Part shown: one piece after another, positions 12,701 through 27,700 of the stretch
How positions within the stretch are numbered: position 1 is the first letter of the stretch
How the letters are laid out: each line of letters opens with the position of its first letter
NCBI GenBank assembly: GCA_049517335.1
Contig: JBEKSD010000004.1
Coordinates: 1 to 64,000, forward strand
From: Candidatus Omnitrophota bacterium
GTDB lineage: Bacteria > Omnitrophota > Gorgyraeia > Gygaellales > Profunditerraquicolaceae
Direction: 5' to 3'
DNA: 64,000 bases
Translations under genes and position numbers: made by a program
The notes under the pieces: model-generated
Seen by the model: only the letters and a program-made list of their open reading frames with translations
Told to the model about the DNA's origin: nothing
Databases searched by the model: none

Positions 12701-15700
12701 CCTTGATAGATTAGATGAACAAACAGAAATATATTGGAAAAATATTAATAAGCAATTAGCAATATTGTCCGGTGTACAGTCTCCTCTTGCGAGGGCTAGA
12801 CGCATGCTTTATGGCAAAATAAATGACATATATCCGGACAAGCTTTCTCTTAAGAGTCGTTTATTAGAAGAGCATTGGCTGGAAGCATATCGTCGTGCCT
12901 TTGACCATACCTCACTGGAAAAAAAGATTGGGAGAAAATTTAGATTTGACCGTATTTTCTATAGCGAATTCTGCGAAAGTCAGCTTTCAGAGAAAGGCTT
13001 ATTAAGAGGACTATTCAATAGTTTACCAGAACAAAATAGGGTTTTCTTTACAAAATGTTGCGTAGTGCTTTCCAGCCAATTAGCCAGCGCAGCTATGGCG
13101 CAAGATCCTTTTATAATCTTAGCCTACTGGCTAGACAATTTTGTGAATACTAGAAAAGTTCCTCCAGAATATGTTATCGCGGCAAACTTAGGGGTTAAAC
13201 TTTTAGCCAAGCAGTTAGGTTTAGAGTGGGGGTCTTCCGTAAAGAGTGACTGGAGAACAAATACTCCTGAGAATTGCTTTGATTTTGCCAATGAAGTTTT
13301 AAGGCATCCCGGAAGGGAAATCAGCGACGCCTTACGAGAAGTCTGTAATCACGAATTTAAGGAACCCGCTGAAGAATTGTTATTTCTCTCTAATTGTCTT
13401 ATCTCGGCACTCAAGGAAATATTGGACGAGCCCATAGACACTGCACTATTCAATAAGGTAGAACGAGAAATTTATGCAAGGAGGTTATATTTTAATTTAA
13501 AACAGGCCTTGGAAGTAATACTGGAAGAGTTTGCAGATAAAATTGCATATCTAAAGGCGATAGACAGGGATAATATAGAAATTGCATTTAGGAAGACATC
13601 CCTTTCCATCCACATTACCCGTGAATCAGAAAATCGTTGGCATGCTGACGTAGTTGAAGCTGTTTCTTCGTCCGTCGGCCATAGTCTAGAGGTAGCGGAC
13701 ATTAATACCCATGCCATGGTAGGAGGCGCTGCCAGGCCAACTGCACCCTTTGCCTGCCTTGCTATACCGCTTCTAATGTTTTTGTATCCGTATCTGGGTG
13801 ATAGCATAAGCGTATTCCTTATCCATCTCAAAGAGCTCATCGCGCCTCTGTTTGCTACAGGTACGCACTGGCTCTCGCATTGGCTCTTAGGTAGTATGCT
13901 CTTGCCCCTGTTAGGTGAGATTAATCCACCGTGGCCTGATGATTTAAGAGAGAGAGACGTTGATGACGTAAGAGAGAACTCCGACGAGAACTACACCTAT
14001 GAGTTCCCCTTCGTCTTTACGGCCAGTAACGGAGACAAATTAAAGATTAAGGTAGGTATAAGACAAGTTGGCAAAAAGACCGCAATCAAAATTTTTGTCG
14101 ATTACAGCAAAATAAAAATAAAAAAGTATTATTTTCCTCTGGTATTAGTATCCGTAGAAGGCCCTAAAAATATAGCTGGCCTCATCAAGAAAATGATATC
14201 ATTAGGGCTTTCCCAGATTATTCATGATGAGAATGGGCTTGCGCCGGAAGAACGGACGCGCCTTTCGCAGGAAGTTGAGGAGTTTATCCATACAAAAATA
14301 CCTCTTAGGCTTGCGCAAAGCATTTGTTTTATTCAGCACCTCAATGCGGCATTCCCATTTCTTGAATTTAAAGAAGAGAGGTTAGAAGAGATTATTCATT
14401 TCTTGCCAGTAATAGTCTATAAAGGAAACCCTACTTTTTACTTTGGGTCTATTTTAGAAGGTTTATCTTCTATTTTAAGGAAGATAATAGATACCGGCGA
14501 GTCTACTGATATTCTGGTTAAAAAAGCGGAGGAGATTAAGCCGAATAGCGGCATCTTCTTATGGCACACTGAGCTGGCGGACAGAGTAGAATCCGAAGAG
14601 AGGCTTCAGATTCCTACAGACCCATCGGCTAAAATCCCGCCAGAGAATATACCCGTGGGTTTCTATGTACCACTTGACCGTTTGGATACAACTAAGTTAA
14701 ATCCCGAAGATTTAGTCGGCGCTCAACCAGGTCTATTTTCTGTTTCTGAGAAAGCTCCTTGTACATATCAGCTTACTGCCATAGGATTGCCAAAGCCAAT
14801 TGTCTTAATTTCTCACAATTCCCCAACATTGCAAAGGGAAATTAGTAAGATTCTTCCCAACACCACAGTAAGTTTACCTCTTAATACTAATAGAATAAAT
14901 ATTGTATTTGAATCCGGTCTCGAAAGGAAAAAGACAATTATAATTATAACATTGGATAGCTTAGAAGATGCCGAGAGAGCGGTTAAGGTACTTAATACTA
15001 TTGCAAGAGGCGATTCCTTAGAGGCCATAGCGTTAGAAGCTAAACAGGTAGAGCAATCTAAGGTAGCATCGTCACAGAAAGCACTAGCAGAATCAACAGC
15101 TACCCCAAAAAATGAAGGCAGGTTTCTAGACGAAAAAGTCCTTCGCTCTTTCACTATGGCTGATCCAAGGCTAATATGCAGTGGAGTATTCGCAAGCCTA
15201 CAACATGTATTAGGAGAAAAAAGGTTGTATGCCCAAGCAGCAAATTTAGACAGGCGACAGGTAATCCTGCTTAGTTTTGGAGAAAGTAATGACCCTAAAT
15301 CAGATAAATTTAGAGCATTTTACCAGACCCAAGAAGGCGGATTAGGTTTTATATATAATGGCGTGGAGGTTTTCTTTAGTTCAATAATGGTAGTTATGTC
15401 CAGAGACGCCAAGACATATTTTTCTTGGCAACAGAGTTCTTTGCTTGGTTTAGTTCAAAATAAAGATAGCCATATGTTTATTCCTGTTGTCAGCCAGCAG
15501 CGCATGCAAGAGATTGCCGGAAATGAAAAGATTAGAAAGCTTCTGGAGAAGGCAGGGATTACTTTTACTACTCCCGAAGAGGTTGCGCATGTCCCTGATG
15601 CCGTTACTATCACCTGGCCGTGTACTCAAGAAGAGATGGTGTATAGAGAACTTTCAGATTCATACAGAAAGCGAGATGCTGACCCCTCTGAGAATGGTTT

Positions 15701-18700
15701 CCGCAGGACAGACAATAATGGAATGGAATTGGCAATTGGAGAATATTTTATGCGCTGGGAACCGGAAGGGGCTGTTTTGAAGGCTCCGAACTTCAAGAAA
15801 CCAGTGGAATTCCCTAAGAGCGTGCGACTTTTAGGTTGGGCATATGGCAGAGAAGAAACAGATGAAGACCCTAACTTTCAATGCTTGTATGCGGTTTATA
15901 TTGATACTGCGGGCAGTTATGTTCCTCCTGAGCACAATGGTTTGCTACGTTTTATAAACAATAAAGACTATTTAGCAAGTAGGGGTTCTTTTACTGAGTT
16001 AGCTTATGTACCTTTGCCTCAAGACCTCATTCAACAACAAGGCACTCCACCGGATTTAACCTCGGCTGATGAGCCGCTTGACAAAAAACAGGTAAGGCGC
16101 CTGTTTGATTATTTAGGCGATTTTATTCAAGAGGAAGTCACTCCTGAGATGACAAGGGAGATAGCAAAGATTTTGAACATAACGCTATTAAGCCATAACA
16201 TTGGTTCGCTACAGGAGAATGAAGAGTTGATTAATCAGGCGCTGGAAGGTTATAAAATTAAGAAGGTATATATTATGGGCCGTAAGGAATTATTCGGCCA
16301 GCAGTTAGGCACAGAGATACGCTCGGCCATACATCCGGATAAAAAAGAAATCATTGTGCTTATCCCTGAAGAGCATGATTATTTTGCCGAAGATAAACTT
16401 ATCATCATGCGGCTCTGCCATGAATTTAGTTCTTTGGCTTTTAAGACCAGCCACCAAGTAAATAGTGAAATTGAAGAACTACTCCTGGAAAATAAGCAAG
16501 GCAGGTTATCGCCACGCAGAAAATTAACCAAGCCGGCCAGGACGGAGTTAAAAAATAACCTTGCCGAAATTTACCAAGATAAAAAACTGCCTACGATTGA
16601 CTTTTGTGCCGCAGAAGGAGAGAGACTAAGCGCACTAGAATATGCTAAACTACTTAAAAAAGAGTTTGAGGCTTCCAAGGCGCGGATATGGAAGAGGTCT
16701 TCTCTAGCTACGATTAATCAGCAGATGAAAGACTATACTGAGCTTGTGGATAAGTTTGTGAAGAAGGTTTTTCAAGAGGCGCTGCGCCGTTATTCCAAGG
16801 CAAAAGAGTCAGTAGCGCTAGTAGCAACAGGCAGCTACGGACGCCGACAACTCATTTCCCTTTCAGATGTTGATATTAAATTCCTTATATCGGAAGAGCC
16901 GGAAAGAAAGCAAGATACCGCCAGGGAGATTAGGGAAGTAACTAATTTTCTGCAGGAAGCCCTATACAGTTTATTCAAAGACAAGCATTGTCGCCCCGAT
17001 ATTTCTACGCATTTTACTCTTACTGTGGTAGAAAATATTTTAGGAGTACAGCACCATCAAGATATAGACTATATAGAATTAGTCACCGGACTACTTGATT
17101 TACGCTTAGTTACAGGTGATAAACATATTTACGCGGCATTTCAAGATAAAATAAATGCTCTTTTAACAGAGCAAAAACCCAAATTACTTTCAGCTTTCAA
17201 AAAAGAGCTTACCTCAAGACGCGGAGTAGAAGATATAGCACTGAGCGCTAGGCCGGTGAATTTGAAGAAAGGGACCGGTAGCACTTTTGACTTTCAATTC
17301 CTGGGCTGGATAGAAAAGATTGGGAAGAGGAGAAGCTTAAGAGAGTGGGAAGGAAAAGAGACGCAGGAGGCATTTGAATTTATGCAGCTTTTGCAGGTTC
17401 AAATATTTCAGCTTATGCAGCAATGTCCTCAGGTAGCAGCTATCGCGCCTGATTTCTTAGCAGATAGAGAGTTTACTCCTGAACTCCAGAAGGCATTTGT
17501 TCGCTGGCTCGTAGTAGGATTAACCCCTTATTTAGATTTGAATGAACCGGCTTCAGTAAAAGAGCAATTGGAACATATCCGCCTGATGCAGCGGGTTTCA
17601 CATTACAGGCGAGTACTTGCGGAAACTGCGATTTCAGCCATGAACCGCACGCAGCTGCCTTTACAAGACCAGCCGCAGGCGAATCCGTTTGAAAGTGACC
17701 CAGCCAAGATTATGGAGCGGTTTGCGTCTGTTGCGGCCTCATATACTCTAGTTTGGATTCCAGAGTTAGAATTAATGAAACAGGCCTTACCTGTATTTAG
17801 AGCCGAGATGGAAAAAGCGCTTGCCGCTCGACCAGGAGAACGGGGTGTATTCTTTGCGCGCGTGAATAAGGCGCTCCTTGATATTCTGGAAGTGGACAAA
17901 GATATTTCAAGGGTGATGTGGCAGCTTCAGCGCTTAGGACTATTAGCTACCATTCTTCCTGGATGGCGGCGTGTTGACGGCGTAGTTAGTAAAGACCAAT
18001 GGCATATTTTTACAGTGGAAACACATATCCTTAAGGTGCTGGAAGCAGTTGAGAAATTAAGAACAGATGACCCGCGTGGGCGATTAGAGGATGCTATGTG
18101 TTGGGCAAGAGAACATAAGCATTTATCCACCCTGCGCCTGGCAGTTTTAACCCACGACTTAGGAAAACCAGGTTTACTTAATTTACCTGGAACTTCGCAT
18201 GAAAGGGTAGGTGCGCATCAAATCGTACCGCAGATATTGCAACGTTTGGGTATCCCTGAGAATAGCTTACGTTTTCGTTTGGTACGCTGGTTAGTGTTAA
18301 ACTCCGATTTACTTATACAATACCAGGATCGCGACCCTGATGATCCGGAGCACCTCTTGGCGCTTGAAGTCAACCGTTTAGGCCAGGATACGTTTGGCCA
18401 GAATCTCTTTACAGCTTTAAAAAATGAGCCGACGGAGTTTATTGAAGGGACTACCTATCTTCTGCCACTTTTGGAATTTGCCGACCATTCAGCCACTAAG
18501 CCAGATAGTCCACATGTTGATACAATCAGGAGGACATTAAACCATTATTCTCCTTGGCCAAAACTTGCCAGACAGGATTTTGATTTAGACCAGATGCAAG
18601 ATGAAGTCTGCAGCGGTATTAAGCCCGAGGTCTTAGCCGAAGTAAAAAGGTTGACCAAAAACAAATACGGCCGTCAGGCGAAAAAAGAAGTAGATTATTA

Positions 18701-21700
18701 CTTTAAACATGTGCCTGCGATAATTTGGTTAACCAGGCCGAAGAAAAAGATGGTCAGTTATATTTGCGAAGAGGTTATTTTAATGTTACGCTTGCGTAAT
18801 GAAAGTCTTTCAGCAGGAGTTATCATCCGGCCGCCTCAGAATATTTTAGAGGAGCCATGGGAGATTATTGTCTTGAACCCCAGGGATGAGCCCGGAGTGC
18901 TTGCGAAAATATCCGGCGTATTATCAGCATATGGTTTTGATATCCAGGTTGCCCAGGCTATCTCCGGTAATTCCGGAGCTGTAATTGACCGTTTCTTAGC
19001 CAGGCTTCCTGAGCCGATATTTATGGATCATTCTATGCCTGAGATTGAGCGCTTGGCCGTAACTATACAGCGGGCGCTGCAGATAGATATGCGGGCGGTC
19101 TTTAAAGATAGATGGGAACTGGGTGCCGCCAAGAGCGTAAAGCAGGTTTTCTCAGAGCGCGGCAAGGATTACCTGTTCCATAATCCCTGTAAAGTCCCCT
19201 TTGAGGTTAATTTTTCCGATGGGCCTGAGCCGACGGTAAGGATGGCCTTTAAGGGAAGCGATTTTGTAGGCTCACTCCATGTTATCTCGCGCATACTGGC
19301 TGAGAATTTTAATATTAATATCCAGTTCGCCAGCATTGATACCCACGGTTCAACAGCGGTTAATGTTCTTTATATTGAACAGATATCTGGTGGTAGAGCC
19401 GTAAGGCCTTCTCAGGAAACGCTGGCAGAGATTACGCGCGTATTGACCGATATCTTAAGCCGCAAGGATATTGATCTTGATGAAGAGGAACATACTCCAC
19501 AGGCACTAAATTCTTTTATCTCTCCTGTACTGTTCGCCGCATTTTTCTACGGCACAAAATCTACTTTCTTGGCTAATCTACTTATCCATAACCCTGCCTT
19601 ATGGGTAGCCGGCGGTATTGCTTTGTTGATTATTTTAACGATTATTATATCAAACCAGCTTAAAAAGGACGTTCCGACAAAACTGGGAGAGTTTATAACT
19701 GTGTCCATCGCAGGAATTATAGGTATCCTCGGAGCCCTAGGGTTCTTCATTGGTAGCTTATGTCGCGGTCTTAATGCTACACTAAGGTTTTTCTGGTTGA
19801 AAATTTCCCCATCGCGCTGGCCGCCACAGAAACTTCAGCTAAGCACCCCCACTTTATTACCTATTACTTGTCATGCAGGAGGCAATATAGTACATCAACT
19901 TCAGGAGTCTTTTGGTAATGCTTGGTTAGAGGTGCTGACTTTTGCGGGCATTCGTTCCCAGACAATCGTAGAATATTTAACGCCATTCAATGTAAATGGA
20001 GACCTATGTGCGGCACGTGCGGTTTATAGACATACTTTTATGCTTTCTAATGGCAGGCAAGTTGTTTTATTTGAAAAAGAGTTTGGTTTTGGCAATCCAA
20101 CATTGATGGATCTCTTTCTCCAAGGGGAGTGTAGACGCACTCAAAAGGCCTATAATGGTGGCCACAATAGCGTTGGCCCTAAATCCGCTGTGATATGGAT
20201 CGGGAATGAACCGAGGCTTTTTAACATGGCTGTTAGTGGGAGAGAATTGCAAGAGGCAGAGGTGGATAAGGACATCCTCGTTGCCGCAGGGCTAGGAAGG
20301 TCTTTAGGGTTTCTGCACAGGTATTACCACATTGCCCATGGCGATTTATATTTTATTGATAGTGACGGCAAGGTGCGGCTGAAAACAGAACATGTCTATC
20401 TTGGTGAAGATGTAGATGGATTTCCATGGATAAGATTCATTGATTTTAGGCCTTTGGCATTATTTAAGAGCAAGAATAAGGAACGCAAAAATATTACCTA
20501 TGTATTCTCTGGAGCAAGCCGTAGTGCATTTTTAATGGAATACGATAGAGCTATTAGCGGTATTTTTTCTTATTATCCTGCTCCCGGATGTTTTGGCGAC
20601 GTCGAACCGCAACATATCAAGATGTTTTTAGAATTGATTGAGCAAAAGAAATTCCGCGAGGTCACAGAAGCTAAAATATTAGTTTCGCAGGTTGAAGGCA
20701 TTCCGGTGAAGGTTTTTGTATTCGACCCCGAGATTAGCCGTGCTCCGCCGGTCTGGGAACGGCTTGTTCAAAGAAAAGATGCTTGTCTTGAAATTTACTT
20801 CACCACCGAAAGCAACTATCAGCGCCTAAGTCCCTATCTAGAAGAACTCTCCTATCATGGTCTGGTTGAAAACCGGCTTTTAAACCAACCCGGAGTAACC
20901 CCTCGATCTGCCCACCGGGGGGCTGTTTTAGCCGTACGTAAGAAATTCCCGCATACCGCGCCAGGATTAGAAGCGGCTGGTAAGCCAAACGTTCCCGCAG
21001 AATTTGTTACTGACAACTATTCAATTATAAGCGGCAATGGTTTTGTTACGGTGCAACAGGAAATACGCCGTTTCGATAGACGCTACATTCCCTTTGGCTG
21101 GTATTTTAAGAAAGGCGAAAGAGGAAGGGTTATTGTGCCGAAGAGGGTTTTTGGAAAGGCAGGGCGCTCATTTGTTGAAGTAAAAGTTCCGCAACAATCC
21201 GAAGAAACCTACTTAACCTTTTTCTTCGTACCCCACCCATTAAAAAATGATGCTGGGAAAAAACTTGAGCTGGTTGCACAATCCATATGGCTTAATTATC
21301 TTCAGCTTTTTATGTGGAACAAACATAGAGATGAAAAAGCATTCAGAATGGGTTTTAAGATTATCTGGAGGAATTCCGACGGAAAAGATATTCTTATACC
21401 GAAGCTCACCGTTGAAGAACAGAGAGGAGAATTAAAAGTTACTACTGGGGCCAAAAGCAATTCCTTCAGCCAATTTGCAGTTCTCTTTAGTATTATCTGT
21501 CTTGGTCTTGCCTTTACCGCGCCGCTGTGGTTGCCGGTACTAAAGCTTATTCTTGCTGGCATAGGCACGGCCAACGTTGCCCTTGCCCCACCGGTTTCTC
21601 TCAAGCTCCTCGTCGCAGGCGCAATGCTTGGGGCAATATCCACCCATAAGTCCGCATGCCGTGCCTCCAGACCGGCGGATGTTTCCCTGCCGAGGATTAT

Positions 21701-24700
21701 TATTATCGGAGCGGGCATCGCCGGTTCATACGCTGCATCATATGCAGCTTCTCAGGGATTTGAGGTAGTTGTATTAGAAAGAGCTAGCTTAGAGGAATCT
21801 CGGCACCCGTTATTTGGCAGAAAATGTGCAGAAGGGATATGGCTGGAGAAAATGCAAAAAGCTGGTTTGAGTTGTGATATCCATGCTTTACCTGCCTGGG
21901 TTGACTACGTAACCGAAAGGCTTCTTATCGGGCGACTGGACTCAAGTAGCGAAATTCAGACCGCTGAGTTTGATACAAAACCGTACCTTTATCTAAACAG
22001 GCAAGCCTTTGAGCAGGATAATTTAAATAAGGCGAAAAAGATGGGCGCGGTCTTGCGCTATGGTCAGCATGTGCAATATTTGAAACAGGTAGTTGATGCT
22101 AACCCCGGAGCCATCATCATCCTTGCCACAGGAGTAAGCAGGCATCTGGTAAAAGAGATGCTAAAGCCGGAAAGGCAAGCACAATACAGCGCAGAGAATA
22201 ATTATGTGATTGAGGCGCAGTACACTTTCCGTGGCGTAGATTTAACGCGCTTAGGCCATTTTAAAGCGGTGTTCTTTGCTGATGATCCCCGGGTGGCATA
22301 TTTCCATGTTTTTCCCAAAGGAACTCTTCGAGACTGCGAGGTTAATGTAGGTGTTATGTGCGCGAAATACCATATCAAAGAGATATTTACCTTATTAGAT
22401 AATTTTATTGGGGCAGCCAACCGGCATTTCGGTGGTATTTTTGAGGGTGCGCAAAAAATCAAGGAGAGGACGTTTACCAAGCCGAATACTAGCGGCAGGC
22501 CCATAGTATTAGAAGATATGGACCGTCAGCAGTTTGCCAATGTATTACCTGTTGGTGATGCCGCCAAGCATGTTGGTTCATTGAGCGGCGGAGGAATCGG
22601 GTATGCGCTCTTTGCTGCAAAAATGGCCATAGATACAATACGAAATAACCCAGATGTTCCTGCAGAAGCGATTCAGGAAAGATACTTCCAGGCAATTGAA
22701 GAACTCACACAGGACTTAGAGGAAGATGCAGCAAAAAGAGAATCATTTTTTCCAAGAGACCCAACTATTAAAAAGAAATTCCTCGATCGTTTTATGGCCC
22801 TTGCTACTGCGGGCATTGAGTCCAGAAAGGTTTCTCTTTCATTTAGCAGGCTTACGGATATGGTAGTAGGATTTAATCCGCAACTGGCGGCCCTAAAGCC
22901 CTGTTTCTTAAATGCCATATCGGAAGTGAAGGCTTTATTTGAAGAAGCGGATATCCCTTACGCCGCAATTGGCGGTGTGGCTGCCAAAATAATGGGGTCT
23001 CCAAGAGAATTGAGTCAGGATGTGGATTTTATGACAACCACTGACGGCCTTGATCGTTTTATCGCAATGGCAGGGAAATATGGCTTGTCACTCTCGCACT
23101 TTGCTTGGCAGGGATATGGAGCGAGAGCCGATGTGCTAGAATTCTATATTAGCAGAGCAAAGATACACATCGTTGGTAATATGGAAATCAATGATGCCGC
23201 CGGGAATACCCATCATTTTTATCCTGACACAGAGATGATGAGTAGGGCTCTTGAGAGAGAATGGATAGGAGAGATTGATAAAATTAAAGTATTGTCTGCA
23301 GAAGATCAGTTCATTCTCAAAGCCCTTTGGCAAAGAAGCACAGACGTAGACAAACATGATATTGACGATGCAGTTGCCGTCTTCCAATATAACAATAAGA
23401 ATTGGGATAGCGAATATTTTATAAGAAGAATTAGGGCTGTTGGAGGAGAGCTTGCTTTGGCCAGGATAGCGAATTTCTTCCGTCAACACATTGACTCAAG
23501 TGAGAGAGCATTCAATCTGATTTTAGAAAAAAATGCTGCAACTGAAAAACGAACCTCCAACCCGGCGGAAATTGATCTCGACACAGAATACGAACTCAGG
23601 TGGCAGGGAGGCGAGGCGGATATTTATCAGCATAAAAAGAAGCCTACATTAATTAAAGTATTTCATCTTAAGGGAGTATCAGCAGCGCATATTAGAGAAT
23701 ATGTTAGGATTGTCACAAAACTCATTGGTTTTGGGCTTCCAATTATACCGATGGAGACAGTCCAATTAAAAAGTGGTGTATGGGCCGTAAAGATGCCTCT
23801 GATAGAAGGTAAGACGTTGGATGTAAGCACCAAAAAAGATACTAAGGATATTAAATCTTCGAAGGCCACTGCAAGGAGAATTCAGCAAGAGATCGACAAA
23901 TTAACATTATCTTGGACAGGAATGGAATTGGCTGATTGGCACTATGTCTACTTGATGTTCGACTTTTTCCTTATACCTGTAGAAGCATTTCCATGGGCAA
24001 ACTATATGGTTCAGGCCGATAGCACGGTAATTTGTATTGACCCTATTTCTATAAGGTTGCTAATGAAACAAATGGCTGCCTCCTCGCCCGCCACCCCGAG
24101 AACAAAACCCACTCGTAGGACCAAGGGTGATTCCTTCAGTCAATTTGCAGTTATCCTTGGTATTATCTGTCTTGGTCTTGCTTTGACCGCGCCACTCTGG
24201 TTTTCAGAGCTAAAGTTGGTCCTCGCTGGCATCGGTACGGCAATTACTGCTTGCGCACCGCCAACTTCCCTCAATCTCCTCACCGCAGGCGCAATGCTAG
24301 GGACGATAGTGGAAAGTTCCAATCCCGTAGGCGATGAAGGCCGCGCAAAATCTACCTGCTTCTCGTCCGCTTGCAGTAAGCCACGCCGAAGGGCCGCTAC
24401 TCCATCCTTAGGTATTAGCGCAGTTTTGCAAAATATTACCCGAAGAATGCAAGACGGGGACTTAAAACAGTATCGCCTTCCCATACCGGATTGTATTGCT
24501 AATCATGAGCCGTACTCCGACCCCCCTCTTCCATTAAGGGAATTTTTAAGAAGCGGTGCGGTAAATAATTTCTTTAGGCTATTCCCAGAATTAAGGCAAA
24601 GGATATCTGATAAGCGTAAATTTAATCGTCTCCTGCAAGATTTATATACTTTTGCTAACCGACAAGCTAAGAGCGCATATGGAGATTTCCGTCATTATTG

Positions 24701-27700
24701 CCATACTGAACAAAAAGAAGCCGCAGCTTTAATGTGCGCAGGATTTAAGAGGCTAGGTTACCCCTCTACTACTCTTTGCACACCTTCACTTGAAAGCTTA
24801 AATGACTGGTGGCCTTCCGCTGGTGGTATACACTATGCTATCGTCGTAGACATTAAAGGAATAAAGTTATTCGTGGATATCAGTTTTCCGTTTATCGCCA
24901 GATTTGAAAGTGTCAATCATGCATTAGGATTAGTAGTGATGCCGCAGGAATTATTAGAACACGATACACAGTTACGCCAGCTTTATCAGGAAACAGAACC
25001 AGTCGTTACTAGTGCGCCTAGTAAGTTCTTAGACGACCCAGATTCTGTCACAGAGCTTGCGGTAGCGGCTAATCATCCTGAAGAAATCAGAGATGTTATT
25101 AAACACATCGCGTCATCACCTCAGAAGTTAAGACATTTGAACGGGGTTACGCCAGAATATGGGGAGCAGCTCATAATGAAAGTAGCGCAGGGAAGGACAC
25201 ACGTCTATACCTTCAGTATTCAAGGCGCAAAAGTTATTGGTTTGGTGGTGACTCAAGAAGCGACAGGGCACCAATGGGATATTTCTATGTTTTATCTGGA
25301 TTGCCGGTATGTGGGAAGAGGAATCAGCAAAATTATGTTGAGCTCGGTACTGAGTGACTTAAAAATAAGGGTAAAAAATATCTCATGTGTAGGATTGACT
25401 CCCGGATTCGCTCAGGCGATAGAAGATAGGCCACTATTAGATTTCTTCGAGCGCGAAGGGTTTTCTCGTGACAGACATTTAAAGGATTTGAGACAAGTCC
25501 GCGCCTCCAACCTGACTAAATACTGCTTAACTGGTGGTTCCATCGTGCTGGGTGTTATCATTCTCAGCCTTGCCTTAACTGCGTCCTGGTGGCTACCAGC
25601 GTTAAAGCTCGCCCTCACAGGATCTGAGGCGGATTTTGCTTTTTCATCCGCCTTACCTATATTAGGGCTCGGGAAAGGAATAGGTCTATATTTGTTGTTG
25701 GGCATGTGCGCGCAGCCAAGAGGTGTTTCGACTTCAGAACTGCACCTACAAGCTGAAAAGGTAATAACTGAGCCGCCGAGGCAGATAAAAGAGCGGCTTT
25801 ACAAGAAATTAGATTTAGCCAGTAGGCTGGTGGATGCAGGTTTTCCTAGTCGCGCTAGACGCTTACTCATCGCTGTTACGGCTGATTGTAAAAAGATGAT
25901 TGAGGCAGCCAAATCCAAGAGCCGCTTGGCGTCTGTAGCTGAACTGGCAAAGTTAGCTGATGAAATTCTGGCAAAAGTAGAAGATATAGTCGATGAAGCG
26001 GGAATAGAGATGCCTGAAGGGGCGGATGAAACTCAGGAGAAAGAAGTTTCAGCCGGAAATTCTGCTTTGTCTGATGAGAGAGTGGCTTTACTCAGGCAGC
26101 TCGGAGAGAGTGAGTCTTCTGTAGCCATGATAACGGAGCGGATAGACAAGCATAACTATGATGCTGCCATCGGCATATACTTGCTTTATCCAAATAATTT
26201 CAATTTGAATTGTCTTAAGGAGGCCTGCCGTAAGGACCTGAGTGTTACATTAGAGTTATTGTCTGCCCTTGAGAATCGTAAAGAATTCGAACGGGAATTA
26301 CCAAGGGAAGGCTCTATCGCTAAAATAGAAGACCTTGAGCACAAGCTGAGAAGGGCAGGGATAGGTGTGGTGGCTAACCAACGTGCCAAAGCCAGCCCAA
26401 GGACACTCTTGGCCATAGTGAGGCTTAAAGCATTTTATGTGCACAACTACTTGGATATTCCCAAAGGCGAGTATGAAAAAAGCTCTTATCCTAAGGACGC
26501 AGAATTATTCCACGCATCATGGAATAATGGTAGAGAAAAGATTTTCAGTTTTCACCACAAAGAGACCGAGGTAAGGTTTAGCTTTACAAGCACTAAAGCA
26601 TTGATTAAGAAAAGGCCGTATCTGGCCTGTAGGCTGGGAGAAGATAACCGCCTGGTTTTAAAGGCCAGAGAATTAAACGCTGAAAAAGAAACTACATATT
26701 GGTTGATTTGTGACGAAGCGCCCTATCTTAGGGAGATAGAAGCCTCTCCCCGTTTATTCATAAGATGGCTGGTAAAGGAGAGAAAATATAAAGATCCTCA
26801 AGTCGTCCGTTTACTGGCTTCACTTCCTTATTCAAAAAGACCTAGATACGCACTTAAAGGAGAACGCCATACCCACGCATGTTGGGCTCAAGGGAATAAA
26901 ATCATGCAGATAACAAATGATATACCGGATCAAACAAGGAGGGCTGAATATACCCTTTTGACAGCTTCTGAAGTACAACAGAGAATACCTGTTGTTAAAG
27001 ATGAACGCCTGCAGGAAGAACAGTTGGTCTTGATGGCTGAAACCAGACATACGTTTGGTTTTTACTTTTTTACAGATGTGGGTAATCATATTAATTTTAT
27101 CGGTCGCCTGATTAAAGCAACAGGAGAGATGCAAAGGGATCACCATGCGAAGTTAGGACCTGTGGCAGAAATTCTGGAATTCATAAAAAGAGGAGTGTTT
27201 GATAATCCCGGTCAACCGCCGATGACTCCCGAAAGCTTTCCCTTTGTTTTTAACAGAGATGGCTTTGTATATTTAGGTAGTTTTGTCTTGAGAAAAGGAG
27301 GCAAACCCCATAATATTTACCTTTACCATGGTAAACAAATAAAGAAGGGGACAGCGGTAGAAATAAGACGTGTCTTCTCGCGAAAAGACTCTGCAGGATC
27401 CCGGGGGCAGTGGCTTCTTGAAACTCAACCGCAAGGGGGGGGTGTCTATCGTTTCTACTTTTTTAAGTACGGGATACGAGGACAGCATCTCGCTGTCGTA
27501 GGTAGGTGGGTGGCAGAGCTAAAGGCCAACGGACAGCATAATCTATCGTCCGCCGCCCCACGAGCACCTGAAGTAGGTAGGTCTATTGTAATAGGAAACA
27601 CTCATCCAGGAGTAACCGCATTTATCCTGAAGAAGCTAAATTTAAGAGGCGATGAGAAGATATGCGACATCGGATCAAACAGGGGAGACTTTTGCCTTGC

